Shown piece by piece: positions 1 to 12,500 of a DNA stretch of 64,000 nt (position 1 is its first letter; each line of letters opens with the position of its first letter). The position numbers were made by a program, and so were the translations under genes. Source of the stretch: Eledone cirrhosa (taxonomy: Eukaryota). Below the pieces are notes generated by a model that did not search any database, was not told the DNA's origin, and worked only from the letters and a program-made list of their open reading frames with translations. The stretch covers positions 78,678,001-78,742,000 of the forward strand of contig OZ024740.1 in NCBI GenBank assembly GCA_964016885.1, read 5' to 3'.

Positions 1-143
1 AACATCTATAAACTCAGTTGGTCTTGCTTGGGGATCGAACTGGATTAATTGGAGATGGTTGCTTCTGACAGGACCCGCTTGTAGGAGTGTTTGTAGACTC
101 TACCACTCGACCCTCTCTGGAATAAGTAGGTGCTGAAGAGAAG
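1..143 (+). mobile_element. 3' end of a Rex3/Expander-like RTE LINE (runs off window start)
   Basis: Aligns by eye with 47902-48045 (AACATCTAT..TGGTCTTG.TTGGGGATC..GATGGTTGCTT.TGACAGGAC..GACCC.TCTC..ATAAGT). Confidence 0.7.
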
Positions 144-620
144 TTAACTTATTGTAAACTGCTACAACTCGGGTTTAACTACAAAATAGTTAAACAAGTT
201 GGGCATGTAAACTCCTAAAGATGGAAAGAAGGGTCCAGAGTCACCTGTAGGATTTAAACTTGCATCTACCATATGCTGGATGGTTGCATTCATTTTTTCC
301 ATTTTCTGAGGTTTATATGTCCAAATTGTTTGACTATTTTATAGTTAAACCTGCATTGTAGCAACTTACAATAAGCTAACATACTTTCAAAATTCAAATT
401 TGCTCAATGCTCTGTTAAACAATTGTTTCTTTGTTTACATTTTATGGCTGATAGATAAGGCTTTAATATGATGGGTAAATGGTTAGTTTTGCTTTGCATC
501 TAACAGCAGATGGGAGTTTGATTCCAGTAAGCAACCCTGTCTACTTTTTTCTGCCCCCAGGGCTTTATATGCCTAACTTATTCAATATTTTATAGTTAAA
601 ATTTATATTGTAGTAACATT
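143..620. repeat. Three local copies of a ~90-150 bp repeat, the first two inverted; tRNA-like heads
   Basis: 143-230 is a degenerate reverse complement of 292-380. A third copy lies at 545-620, preceded by A/B-box-like GGGTAAATGGTTAG..GGAGTTTGATTCC. Confidence 0.55.
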
Positions 621-740
621 CTTGCAAAATTCATATATGTACAGTCTACATGATCCCTGATAGTAACAGCACATTGACCCTTTAATTATCTTGTCAAGTC
701 AAAATTAAGTGGGGCCCCTCCTTTTATTAGTCTTTGTTTA

Positions 741-1480
741 TATCATCATCATCGTTTAACATACATTTTCCATGCTAACATGGGTTAAATGAGTTCTGCT
801 GACATGAGAAAAGTCAGATCAGATGACTGCGTCTTGCTTAAATAGAACTGTTTCTGACTTGGTTCCTACAGCTGGATGCCCTTTTTAATACCAACCACAT
901 TTACAGTGTGGACTGGGCGCTTTTTATCGTGGCACCAAAACAACCAACTGACAGGTTGGACAGTACTTTTTGTCACGTCACCAACATGACCACATTACAG
1001 AGTGGACTGGGTGCTTTTTGTCATGTCACCAGCATGACTGTCTTACAGGATGGACTGGGTGTTCTTTTGTCATGTTACCAGCATGAGCAGCTTATATGGT
1101 AGACTAAGGGCTTTTGTTGTGTCACCAGCATGACCATCTTACATGCTTGTGTGCATGGGTTGGACAAGAGAGGTATAGAAAGTGGTGGTAGGGCGGTTAT
1201 GATGTGTGTAAGGGGATTGGAGAAGTAGATCTGTGGTGGGATACCTAGCTGTTGAAGGGTGGAGTGTTAAGACATGGGATGTATATGAGTGGGGGAGGGA
1301 GAGAGGAGATGATTTGGTGTAAATTATTGTTCTCTAGATGTTTGCTTCATCCTGTGCATATAGGAAGGTGGGTCTTCTCAGTACTACATAATGCCAGAGA
1401 TCTTGATCCTGTAATATTGCCTTCGAGAGGTTTAAATGTGCAAGGCCAGCTTTTATTACTTCATCCCAAGCTTTCCTAGG
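741..1480 (-). mobile_element. Old RTE 3' fragment with long 3' UTR carrying tandem ~41-bp units
   Basis: (GAT)n tail at 741-753, the AAGGGCATCCAGCTGTAG motif, about 6 units like CAGTGTGGACTGGGTGCTTTTT..CACCAGCATGACC at 904-1140, and ORF-end homology (GGGTCTTCTCAGTAC..) near 1370. Confidence 0.7.
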
Positions 1481-1584
1481 TCTTTCTCAGTTTATTTACG
1501 CTTCACCGTTAATGTATATTATTATTACACATCCGTTGGAGCATGCAAGCTTCATTTATATTTAGTCTTTTATATATATATATA

Positions 1585-1659
1585 CTAGCTGAGGTACCCG
1601 GTAATACCCGGGAGCGGGTGTATTCCCAGTTCCCATTAAAATGCCCAATGCCTCTCAGA
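1585..1659 (-). mobile_element. Helitron 3' terminus, possibly a 75-bp mini-Helitron
   Basis: The minus strand reads CCCGGGTATTACCGGG (hairpin), then TACCTCAG, then CTAG|T. A candidate A|TC 5' end lies at 1659. Confidence 0.6.
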
Positions 1660-1759
1660 TCAAAAATGAAATCAAAATATAGGACAGATAAATCTAAGCT
1701 TGGGTAGAATTTGAATTCAGAACATAAAAAGAATTAACAAAATACAAGTCAGTTTATCC

Positions 1760-2040
1760 AATGCTGTACTCATTCTACCACCTACCACCTTATCAATGCA
1801 AATAAATTGTGAGTTATTTATTGCACTAAATAGTAAAAACTAAAGACAAAATAATAAAGTTTGGCTATATTTGAAGATGAGTAGAAATTGATTTAATTCT
1901 GTTGCATTTTTCTCCGGTGCTCTACTGATTCTACCTTATAAATGTAAATAATCTTGAGTTATTCTTTGTAGCACTAAATAGTAAAAACAGATAGCAAAGA
2001 ATTAAGGCAAGAGACTATGTTTGAAGATAAGTAGAACTTG
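1760..2040 (+). repeat. Degenerate ~148-bp tandem duplication
   Basis: CTACC..TTAT.AATG.AAATAA..TGAGTTATT..GCACTAAATAGTAAAAAC..TTTGAAGAT.AGTAGAA.TTG occurs twice. Confidence 0.7.
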
Positions 2041-2798
2041 GCCTAATTTCACTGAAGATGTTCTACAAAAAAAAAGACAGCAAAAAGATGTTATAAAAAA
2101 TATATAAAAAGAGTTAATATCTGTTATGCTCTAATTCTATTTCTAAAGTACATCTCTAACACCACCCTGCTAAGAAATGTCTTTCATTTTCTAATGAAAC
2201 ATTTCTTTATGATTTTCAACAGTTTTAGCTTCTATAGAAAAAAATAACGAAGTGATAAAAAAAACCTTGCTTTTCAGTGTTTAGTTTTTTTACTCTTTCT
2301 TTCTCCCCACCTCTCTTTTTGTGTATGGTTAGTCAGCTGAATGAGTATTAAATTATTATTTGTTATATTTGTACATCTAGTTTTTATTTTGCAGATGTGC
2401 ATACTTCAATAAGACAAAAACATTTGTTAGGAGACAAGGTAAACTATTCACAGATGTTTATGTGCGATTTGTTGAATGTAGGGTTTAAAGTTTTGTGAAT
2501 TCCACTTATAAGATAATATATAAAAAGTGAAGCCCCAGGCATCGTAATTCTTACTTGCTGACATAGTAGTAGGATTGTTGTGGCACTTCAGTTCCACTTC
2601 ACTATCAGGCTATAGGGAGATATATCAGATAAATCAAATGAAATCTTGACAGTACATTAGAATTGAATGTTTTATATGATTGGTTCTACAACTCCTTATC
2701 AAACAATAAGAATGACATCACTATTGTGTTGTTTCTTTAAATAAGAAATTTAATTCCCAATTTAAATTTCATTTTTAGTTGGTCATTGCTATGAGTGA

Positions 2799-2890
2799 AG
2801 ATATGTGGCTTAGTGGTTGGTTGTTGGGTTGACAGTCATAATGTTGTGAGTTCAATTCCTTGAGGAAGACATTTTATGTTGCTCCAGTAA
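2799..2890 (+). mobile_element. Degenerate tRNA/CORE SINE 5' fragment
   Basis: A box TGGCTTAGTGG, B box GAGTTCAATTCC, and CCTTGAGGAAGACA..TTGCTCCAGT. Confidence 0.6.
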
Positions 2891-3693
2891 AAATGAAGCC
2901 CCCCAAAATGAAAATATATTGTTATGCAGAAATACTTCGAAAATGTAGTAATCTTAGAAATGGCTTGAATACAATGGAAATGGTTTAGCTTTGTTCCTAA
3001 TGTACATTATTATTTTTAATTTCTTGTTTAGTAATTCCAATCCAATCCAGGGCTTTCTCAAGTCCTGCTGGAAGAACGCCGTCCTGGTTCACCTCCACCG
3101 CTTTCTGTTTGGTTGTGGTCATGTCTTCGGGCATGTAACCATACTCACCACACTTGTCAAATTGCAGGTTGATGAGGCTATTTAACCCATAGTTGGGGTC
3201 AATGGCCGTTGACTCTGAGGAGTTCATCTTTTTTAATAGCTCCTATTTTTTATGGTGCTGGGGTTCCACTTACCCTCCTCACTAGACCAGAGTCTGGTGG
3301 GGGAGCTGGTTTAGTCACCAACCACTCAACCATGAAGCAGGCTGTAATGGGTTACATGGTACCCAGTAGCAGGGAGAAGCCTGACCTGGAGTAATTATGG
3401 ATTGAATAATAAATGTTTATACTTAACACAAATTTTTAAACTAAAAATTCTTAATTATAATCCCCTCTATGAAAACATAAACAAATATGAAAAGTGAACT
3501 CATTTTTTTTCCTGTTTTTTTTGTACATAGAAAAATAAAGGGATTGCCTTTACAGGTTCCATAGGTACTTGTGTGTTCAACAGAAGACGAGTACCCTTAT
3601 CTTTCTGCTCATGAAAGGAACTTAAAACAAATCACTATTAAAGTCAAACATTTTTACAGCAATATTTATTTAAAGCCTATAGCTATACCTACA

Positions 3694-3930
3694 TTAACCC
3701 TTTCAACACCATATTTCTAATGAAAGGCAATGCTTATGATTTTCAAATCATTCTGAAAATAATCAAGAATTTTGGATGGAGTTTGTTTAAATAACTAACT
3801 TTCTCATTATTAGGCTAATGATTAGAACATAACTTAAAATTATAAAATGTTTTAAAATAGATATAAACACTTTAAAACGAAGAGTATTTGATTATAGGAC
3901 CAGGCACTGTTTCTGTATCAAGAGGATTAA
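3694..3930 (+). mobile_element. piggyBac-like MITE flanked by TTAA
   Basis: TTAA-CCCTTT ... AAGAGGA-TTAA. The interior is shared with 8650-8895, 16810-17045 and 52299-52513. Confidence 0.55.
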
Positions 3931-5087
3931 ATTTAACTTAGATTTTCTAATATATGATGTATTGTGCATAAATGTTTGTTTAATCAATTATGTCATCAAC
4001 AAATGTACATTATACAAGTTAGATAAATCATCTTAGTTAGGTTCTGATTTTTGTTTGTTGTTTGTTGTAAGTTGCAATTTGCTAGGAGTTCTCTTTGTGG
4101 GCAGAATGTTAAGAGTACTTGTGTTCCAATGAACAGCCAACTAGCTGTGAAATATATAAAGGCATCTCTTGTGTTTTTCTATGTATGGAGAGAATAATAT
4201 GTTTTCACAAAGCTAGCAATTTAAAAACTGTAGGTATATCTACAATAGATATATTTTTGATCTCAGATTGAGTTTCAGAGTGTAGACATATTTTAAAAGA
4301 AATATTACACTGCAAATGATTGCTGCCTTCAGTAGAATCTATTCTGTTGAAAGCATTGATTAGATCTCTGGCCTCAGATATGTAAAAAGGGTCATAGGTA
4401 CTGCCTTTTCCCCTTGACTAAATAGTAGGAACAATATATGAAAAAAATATAACTAGTATCTAAGTAAGACGGCATTTAAGTATTAATGTTAAAGGTAATC
4501 TTATGCTGCACTTAGTTTCAATTATATTGAAGCTGTGTGAAGAAATTAAGACCGGTTACTGATAGATGAACACTGCACTCATTTCTTCACATGTTAATGC
4601 TAGTGCCATGATAAAGTACACTCTGTAAAATGGTTGGTGTAGGAAGGGCATCCAACCATTGAAATCATGCCAAAATATGGAATGCCAGCATGGAAAACGG
4701 ACATAAAATGATTATGATGATGATGAACATCAGCTCTAATCACCTCTGATAATGCCAAATCAGGTAATATCTACCCCGCTCCATCTAAAAATTTAGTTTT
4801 GTCTATTATTTATTTTCAGCTTTATGGAAGTGGTATGGCTTATTCAGGCTGTGGGCTTGAGATTTTCTTTTTAGAAAGCCCCATTAAAACTTAATATGAT
4901 GAAAGGACTGCAGGAACATATTCCAATTATAGATAAATCTATGTGGATGGAAAGGCTATCAATGTACCTGTGGCTTTACACCTAAGAGAAAACAACATTT
5001 TAGAAAGAGTTTGTCTGTGATTGTAAAGATAAATCCTGATTATAAAGATAACTCTGATTAAAAATAGAGTAAATAGAATATCATTTT

Positions 5088-5700
5088 ATCATCATTATTT
5101 TACATTTACATTCCATGCTGGCATCGGTTGGATGGGTTGTCATGGTCTAAGATGAGATGGATCAGAGAGACCTCATCTTGTTCATATGTTCTATATTTGG
5201 CATGATTTCCATGGCTGGATGCCCTTTCTAATGCCAACCACCTCACCGAATGTACTGGATACATTTTACCAGCGTGTAGTGAATGCATTTCCACATGGTA
5301 CCCACACTAGAGAGGTTTTCACATGCTTGGCTAGATTGGAGAGTCCTCTATATTCTATATACCATTCACTATATAAAGTGATTGGTAATCACATGGATGC
5401 AATATACAGATGCTTTTTACAAATATTATATAAGAACTGTAATAAACATTTTCTATGAAGATTCTCTTCCTTGCAAAGAATAGCCAATGAGAAATTACTT
5501 TACACATCAAAACTCTTTTCACATTATTTCCATTACCTACCCCAAAGCTATTAATATACTTTCTATTGCTCACTACAGATCTCTCCCTCAGAGTGAAAGA
5601 CAGATTGTATAATGCCTGTGTGTGAATGGTAATGCTACATGGTAGTGAAACTTGGGCGTTGTGTACGAAGGACTTTAGAAGGTTCAATAGACAAGTTGCA
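5088..5700. mobile_element. Degenerate RTE fragments (3' UTR/tail on minus; ORF piece on plus at 5540-5700)
   Basis: GGCTGGATGCCCTTTCTAATGCCAACCAC motif; the plus piece encodes [17 protein letters not shown]. Confidence 0.65.
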
Positions 5701-6910
5701 TGCATTTTTTGGAGGGGCGGGGAGTACAACTTATGCACAAGTATATTGGGTGTATTAAAAATATATTAACTGGATTGCCATGGATGGAATGTAAGCTTTT
5801 GTATTATTTATTTATATAATAGGTTATGGAAATACAAGTAAAATTTTAAGAAGTAAATATGAACTATGCAACTCCATTACAAATACTATTAACATTGTGT
5901 TAGGAATAACTTTATACAGAATTACCACAATCTCATTCAAAAAATTGGTCACCAACTAACCGAGTGCTTTATTTCATAGGCAATGCCAGATATGCTTCTG
6001 GTATCTAGTGTTTTATTTATGTAGTAATAAGAAAGCCTTTTCTTTCAAATACTTAAATAACTAAGAATAAAAGGTAGAGGCATTGAGTGCAGGCAAGTAA
6101 ATGACAAATACTACAAATGGGTTTGACATCAAAGTTAAATAAATAAAAATGAAGTTAGATAAAAGAACTGTATACTGTTGTAGAATTTGAAATGGCTAAG
6201 GTGAGGAGGAGAGTAATTAGGGTATGTTTAATGTGAACATATGCCTGTCAGTATTTGTGTAAATATGCAAGAGTAAGTTTGAAGATAGCAATTAGAAAGA
6301 TTCTGTATTCTATTGAACCAATATAAGCAGCCAAACGGCTTCTTTATCCACACACATGTTATCATTAATTAAATTTTATCTTGCTAGCAGTATGTAATAC
6401 TAAAATCATTAAAGAGCAGATGAGGGAGTCTCTACATGGTCACTTGACCTGCTAAAAATACCAGCCAACTATTTTTCAACATTAAATCCCACTATAATTT
6501 TTTTTACTGAGGTAGAAGAGTAGTGCTTATGACCCTATTCAATATATTTGAGACTAGTAAGAGGGACAAATGAAGGTACCTTCAAACTGGAAAATATTTG
6601 CATTCAGAAGGTGAGGAGTTTAACAAGGATATTTAGTATACCCTGCTTGTTTAACTATTATGTTAGATATTGTAACCTCAAATGAACCTGCAGTACTGTT
6701 GGTAGGAGTTGAAACTCTGTAAGTCCATTTCAACAGCTGATGAACACTGAGTTGTTTGTCTTGTTCATGTTACTAATTTTTGTATTGCCTATTTACCATC
6801 TTGTCCTTTATTCATCCATTCCTGTACATCTATCTGGTTTTCACTGTATCTTGTTATTTTTGTAATTATATCTCTCTATATATCTTTATTATATATATAT
6901 GTATATATAT

Positions 6911-7244
6911 CATCATCATCATTTTACGTCCGCTTTTCCCTGCTTGCAAGGGTGGGACGGGAACTGATTCTGGCTTTATTTCTACAGCTGGATGCCCTTC
7001 TTAACACCAACCTAATTTACAGTGAGGTCTGGGTGATTTTTTGCCGTGGCACCTCCACGATCACTTTGCAGTGGAATGATATGGACTCCAGTCCTTATCA
7101 TCTCATTTCTACAGCTGAGTAAACTGGAGCAATGTGAAATAAAGTGTCTTGCTCAAGGACACAATGCATCACCCAGTCGGAGAATTGAACTCACAATCTT
7201 TCGATTGCAAGGCCAATGCTCTAACCACTAAGCCATGTGCCTCC
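6911..7244 (-). mobile_element. SINE1: tRNA head + CORE + RTE-UTR body + RTE-A tail, full length
   Basis: GGAGGCACATGGCTTAGTGG (A box), GAGTTCAATTC (B box), CCTTGAGCAAGACACTT..CCAGTTTACTCAGCTGTAGAAATGAGATGATA resembling the MIR CORE, and a (GAT)n tail. Flanked by (TA)n. Confidence 0.9.
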
Positions 7245-7619
7245 ATATATATATATATATTTATCATATATAGAAATGACTTCTACAGGACTAGAACTGT
7301 TTCATTTGTATGAAATCCTGTAGAAGGCTATATATAATAAAGATGCCTATACTCTACCAATGTATTGAGTACCTTTTTTAACTGTGGTTACAACATCCCC
7401 ACCCAAACACACCGTGGAAATCTACATATATGTATATATACACACACTATGTATTCAGTTTAGAATAGGTACATCATATCCCTGTATGTTGTAAAAATTG
7501 ACTAAAAAGAGTTGGTATCAGGAAGGGCATCAGGCTATAAAACATTGCCTCAATAAGTCCTGTTCAAGCCATGCCAGTATGGAAAGTCCTATGTAAAAAC
7601 AATTATGATGCTATATAAT

Positions 7620-7760
7620 ACATGGCAGGCTTCTACAGTTTCCAGCTACCAAATTTCACTCACAAAGCACTGGTCAAACCCAGGGTTCCATGCAGTGGAC
7701 GTGAATCCCAAGCCATGTAGTTGTGAAGAAAGCTCCTTAACCACACAGTAATATCTTCAC
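7620..7760 (-). mobile_element. Degenerate tRNA-derived SINE (relatives at 9208-9620, 22680-22770, 23620-23755, 47230-47385, 49590-49750)
   Basis: Head CTGTGTGGTTAAGGAGCTT..CATGG.TT and body TTGTGAGTGAAATTTGGTAG..GAAACTG recur across the window. Confidence 0.6.
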
Positions 7761-8079
7761 CTACTGAAATTTATCAATGTTTTACCAGAAAAACGACCTG
7801 TAAGAAAAAATAAAAAAAACATGTGGACACACAAGCCTGTTCTGGTAGAGAACAGGTCGCAGCGATGCGGCCACTAGATATGATGGTTAGTTATGAAATA
7901 AGCAGGCTCCTGTTGGACAAATAAGTAACTCCAGACCAACAGCAGTAAATTACTAGGGGAGATGGAGCAATGGATGACACTGTTAGCTCCTAAGCCCCCC
8001 TCTAAAAAACAACAACTCATAACCCAGTGATGTTTCATCAGAGGACAAAGAAGAATAAAGTCAAAAGTTTGACTGAAGC

Positions 8080-8235
8080 TCGGAAGCTCATCAGGCTGGT
8101 GCTTATCCCAGTTTGTGTAGTGTTAAGGAACTGAGGTTACAAGACTTTCCCCCTGGACAGAACACCAGTCTATCGCCGGGTTAAACCCCCAACTACTGTT
8201 GGTACTCATTTTCAGCTGAGTTTACTGGAGCAATA
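8080..8235 (-). mobile_element. 5'-truncated CORE SINE with a different 3' module
   Basis: ATTGCTCCAGTAAACTCAGCTGAAAATGAG (CORE end) followed by CCCGGCGATAGACTGGTGTTCTGTCCAGGGG..ACTGGGATAAGC. Confidence 0.65.
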
Positions 8236-8649
8236 TGCTGTATAAATATGGAATGTAATACAGAGTTTTACCATCATATGCAATTGATTGTTGCAGGTTT
8301 CTTCTCTCCATTGCTTTCTTTCAAATCAATTTACTGCTTCTTTTTCTCTTCTCTCTGCCAACAACCCAGTATTTTCCGCTCTGTGCTCTTCTTACTAACT
8401 CTACATTTGTCACAAATGTTGTAAACTCAATAATTTGAATCTGTTATGTTCAACCTCTTAAGATTAATCCCTTTATTCCAATTTGTACTGCACTTACTAA
8501 TTACATGTATAAACAGCTGGAGACGTAATATATAGTTTCTACTTAATATTAAGAAGTATACAGGATGTTTAGGGTAAGCTTAGTGTGTTAATATTTCTTG
8601 AAGAGCGAAATTTAACAAGTTACTCTTATTTCTAGTTTAATTCTTTTGA

Positions 8650-8895
8650 TACTCTCTGCATACCAGGCCACCTAAAACTGACCCTGGTTCTCTGATACAA
8701 AACTGTTTGTCTTAAAGTGTTTATATTTAACAAAGAATCTTCTATCATAATTTTAAGTAAGAACCTTTTGTTTATGTTCCAGTAACAAACTTAATAATGG
8801 GAAAGTTAGATATATTGCATTTTTGATTATTTTCAAAATTATTTGAGAATCATGTGCAGTGTCTTTCATTAGAAATCTAGTAACAAAAGAGTAAG
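8650..8895 (-). mobile_element. piggyBac-like MITE, degenerate copy
   Basis: Colinear by eye with 52299-52513 and with the reverse complement of 3694-3930. Confidence 0.55.
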
Positions 8896-9321
8896 TGTTT
8901 AGTTGATCTTATGGACGCCAGCACTGGTACATATTTTATCAATCTTTTTGTTGAACTGTTAAGTTACAGGATATAAAGTGATAATATAAACAACACTGAT
9001 TTTTAGACCTGTATAGACATAGATATAGACATAAAATGATGACTGATGATATGTGTATGTAAAATGACAATGTAGTATTCTATTATTGAATATGTATTTT
9101 GAAAATATTTTTGTTAATATTCCTTGTGAATATTTATAGAAGGTAAATATGTGTGCAGCTTTATTCTATAAATATTTCATGTTATACTAAAATATATTCT
9201 CTATATAGATGCAGGCATGGCTGTGTTGTTTAGGAGTTCACTTTGCAAACATATATGGGTTTCGTCTCAGAGCATAGCACCTTGGGCAAGTGTTTTTTAT
9301 TATAGTCTCTTGCTGACCAAT

Positions 9322-9560
9322 CTAATCTAATCTGGCCGAGTTTATACTTGCAAATAAGAAGAACCAGGGCTGCCCCTAAGAGCATTGGATTTGGTGTAAT
9401 TCATATTTGTTTTGGTTGCTGAATACAATCAGGGATCACTGCTTTTCCTGAAGGTCAATAGTTCTCTTCTAACTTGAGCGGAGGCACCTTTTCATTGTCA
9501 ATTTGCATTGATCATCTGCAAAGCCGCATTGTTCTCAGAACCACTACACCAGTCTTTCAA
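9322..9560 (-). mobile_element. 5'-truncated non-LTR element with (GATTA)n tail, nested in a SINE
   Basis: 11-bp TSD TGCTGACCAAT at 9311-9321 and 9561-9571; CTAATCTAATCT tail on plus. Confidence 0.7.
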
Positions 9561-12500
9561 TGCTGACCAATGCCTTGTGATTAAAATTTGATAGATGGAA
9601 ACTGCAGAATCTTGTTGTGTGTCCATGTCTAAGTGTATGTTTGTAGCGTTTCGATAAAATAAGTACCAGAATAAAAAATAAACACATGGATTGATAACAT
9701 GGTCAGTCTAATGACTGAAACCAGTAAAAGAATAAGAGAATTATTGAAAGTTAAGATCTGAAGAATTTTTTTACTTTTTTTCCTTTTGCAAGTATGAAAT
9801 CAGCCTAAACATTGAAAAGTAATATTATCTTGCTTAAGTTCATTTGTATGTGTCTTTATGGCTTGCTTACAGGTAAGTGTTGATAGATAACTACTGTATG
9901 ATATTAAGTGATTTAAATTTAGCACAATGTAGTAGATTCTCAGAGGTAAAATACTAGGAAAGGCAATGAAAGATTAATGAAATTGTAGATAACCCAAGAG
10001 GCATATTTCATATAGATATTAATATATTTGGACATTGGGTAGAGTAGAATCATGAAATGACAGATAAAGTTTGATAAAAGGAAGAGCAATAAAAATTATA
10101 TTGTATGTAGAAAAATAAAGATATAGGGTGATAACAATCTTTAAAGTGCGTATGAGGGTGAATATTAAGATTGTGGAGTATATAACATAATGTACACACA
10201 AACATACACATACATTGTAATGATGGTGGAGCAGATATGAGTGGATGTGTCTGTGTACAAGAGCTTAAATGGAGTGATCCTTAGTTATATTCTTCTGGGT
10301 GGGTGATAGTGCTAGGGTGGGTAGAGTAGGTATTTTGTTGGCAGAGAAATCAATAAAGTACTTGTAGAGGCAGACTGTGCTAGAGAAGACCCACTCAAAC
10401 CATGCAAGCATAACAAATTGGATGTAAAATGTTAGTAATGATGATTGATGATGTGAATATGTGACAGGTTAATTATAGTTAAACTAGTCATAGGTACAAC
10501 AGCAACAGTGAGCTCTGCATATGCACTACAATGAGGATTGATATATGAGCAAAAGAACCTCTTTTACAAGATCCTATTGTATTCTACCTTCATAATGAAG
10601 GACTAACCTAATTATTGTGACTGTATTTATAATGAAATACATTATTTCATTTAATTAATGAAGAATTTTAAGGGATTTACTAAAATTATAATTTCATTAC
10701 TAAGATAGTAATTTAACATATGGTTCTTATATATAATTATGTAAATAAAACATGTTTATAAACATTTGATAAAAAGAGATTGATAAAATAAATATCAGAC
10801 TTGAAAAATAAGAGTTGGGACTGATATGTTTCACTAAAATCCCTTTAAAGTTATGCCCCAACATGGCCATAGTCTAATGACTGAAACCAGTAAAAGAATA
10901 AATCTAAATAAAGAAACTTTAAATATTGTTGAGAATTTCTACAATGTATAGAACATATTTATTTATACATAACAATGACACCATCTTTCCAAATCATTGT
11001 TTTTTTATCTATTATTTGACGAACCAATTTTTAACTATGACAGTGTTAATATCAACAATCAGAACATTTTGAATAAATTATCTCAGTTATGTAGCAAATC
11101 TTTTTTTTTATTGTAATTTTTTCGTTTTTTGATATTTGGCAAATGTCATATTTCATGTAAAAACCAGCTCTGTCTAGCTTTACCCTTCTCCATAAATAAA
11201 TGTGCTAATTGGTTCTGCTTTCTTAATGCTAAGATGGTGCTGCTTTCACTAAAACCACTCAAAAACGTTAGATAGTAGCTACCACTCGTGTTTGCCTCCA
11301 CTTTCATCCCTTGACCACTGAAAAAAAAAACAAAAAAAACTGAACAGCACTTGGCTGCAGTTTAACTGGCACATTAAGTTTTTCTTCTATGGAAGAAAAT
11401 TCATGTTAAAACTGAATAACATTCATAGTTATCTATTTAAAAAGAAAAAAAAAAATTTATTGATAGCATATATTTATCAAATCTTCATCATTTTCTCTCC
11501 ACTTTCCAAGAGGGTATGATTTTGATGGGTCATTATAGTTTGACCCAGTTCATATTCAAAGTTACTGCCCTAGATATATCAAGGGACTATATCTTGCTCA
11601 TATATTCCATTTTTTGGCATGGTTCAAATAGTTCTTAATGCTTTACCAACTACTTTAGAGTGTACTGGGTGCATTTTATCTCATGGATAATAGGAAATAA
11701 AAATGATCATAAGAGTAATTGGCAGATATGCATCTGTCATTTTTGTGCTATTCTGATTATTAAAAATTATTTAATAACCTCACTAGTGTAGGCCATCCTA
11801 GACTATTGAAGTTGAACCAGTGTGTGAATATTTCGGTTGAGGATTCTATATTGAAATCTTTCAGATTAGATCATGGATTAATACCACCCCCAATATCTTT
11901 ATTCTGTTAAGCCATATTTCTATAAGATTGCAGAAAGAGTATAACAGATGTTTTTATCATGATCAGCATCATTTTACATCCACTTTCCATGCTGGCATGA
12001 GTTGAATGAGTCACCATAGTCTGAGACTTGATGGGTTAGAGAACCACATCTCATATGTTCCTTAATTTGGAATGGTTTCTAAAGCTAGATGCCCTTTCTA
12101 ATGTCAACCATTTTACAGAGTGTACTGGGAAGACTACATTTTGGTGACATTATTTTTAACTCACACTGACATGAGTTGATTTCTTGTTTGAATCCAATAC
12201 CACTTAATACATAATTCTTCATAGTTGACATGTTCATATACCAGCAGCTACATTGTCTTAAGTCTTCCACAAAAACTAGACAGAAGACAGACAATATTTT
12301 ATATATCATCACTGTTTTACATTGACTTTTCTATGCTGACATGGGTTGGAATGGGATTTTTTGAGGCAGTGTTTTATAACCAGATGCTTTTTCTAATACC
12401 AATGCTTTTAGTCACTTATGACATGCAAGGACATGGTGTACCTTTTCTAAAGCAAATACACACTGTCTATATTTATGTTTATATTCATCCATATTAGTTA

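Noticed and set aside
904-1140. CRISPR-like regularly spaced repeats (also 46898-46993, 56430-56580)
   Set aside because: Head-to-tail degenerate units without unique spacers, inside LINE UTRs, in eukaryotic DNA with no cas genes.
2395-2438. Candidate 44-bp plus-strand exon (TTTTGCAG / AAG-GTAAAC); similar candidate from 50591
   Set aside because: Plausible splice sites, but no homology or consistent frame can be shown from sequence alone.
2997-3394. Short ORFs in a GC-richer patch
   Set aside because: No domain recognised; probably a decayed repeat.
7170-7244. tRNA genes at A/B-box sequences
   Set aside because: No acceptor-stem closure; they continue into CORE and LINE tails, so they are SINE heads.
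7272-7328. Hairpin CTTCTACAGGA..TCCTGTAGAAG with GAAAC..GTC on the minus strand
   Set aside because: It lacks the CUGANGA core; at best a decayed hammerhead, so not called.
11184-11317. Candidate minus-strand exon (poly-T CAG acceptor, GTAAAG donor, open frame GQGMKVEANTSGSYYLTF..)
   Set aside because: No recognisable protein and no partner exon; such sites arise by chance in AT-rich DNA. It needs RNA-seq.
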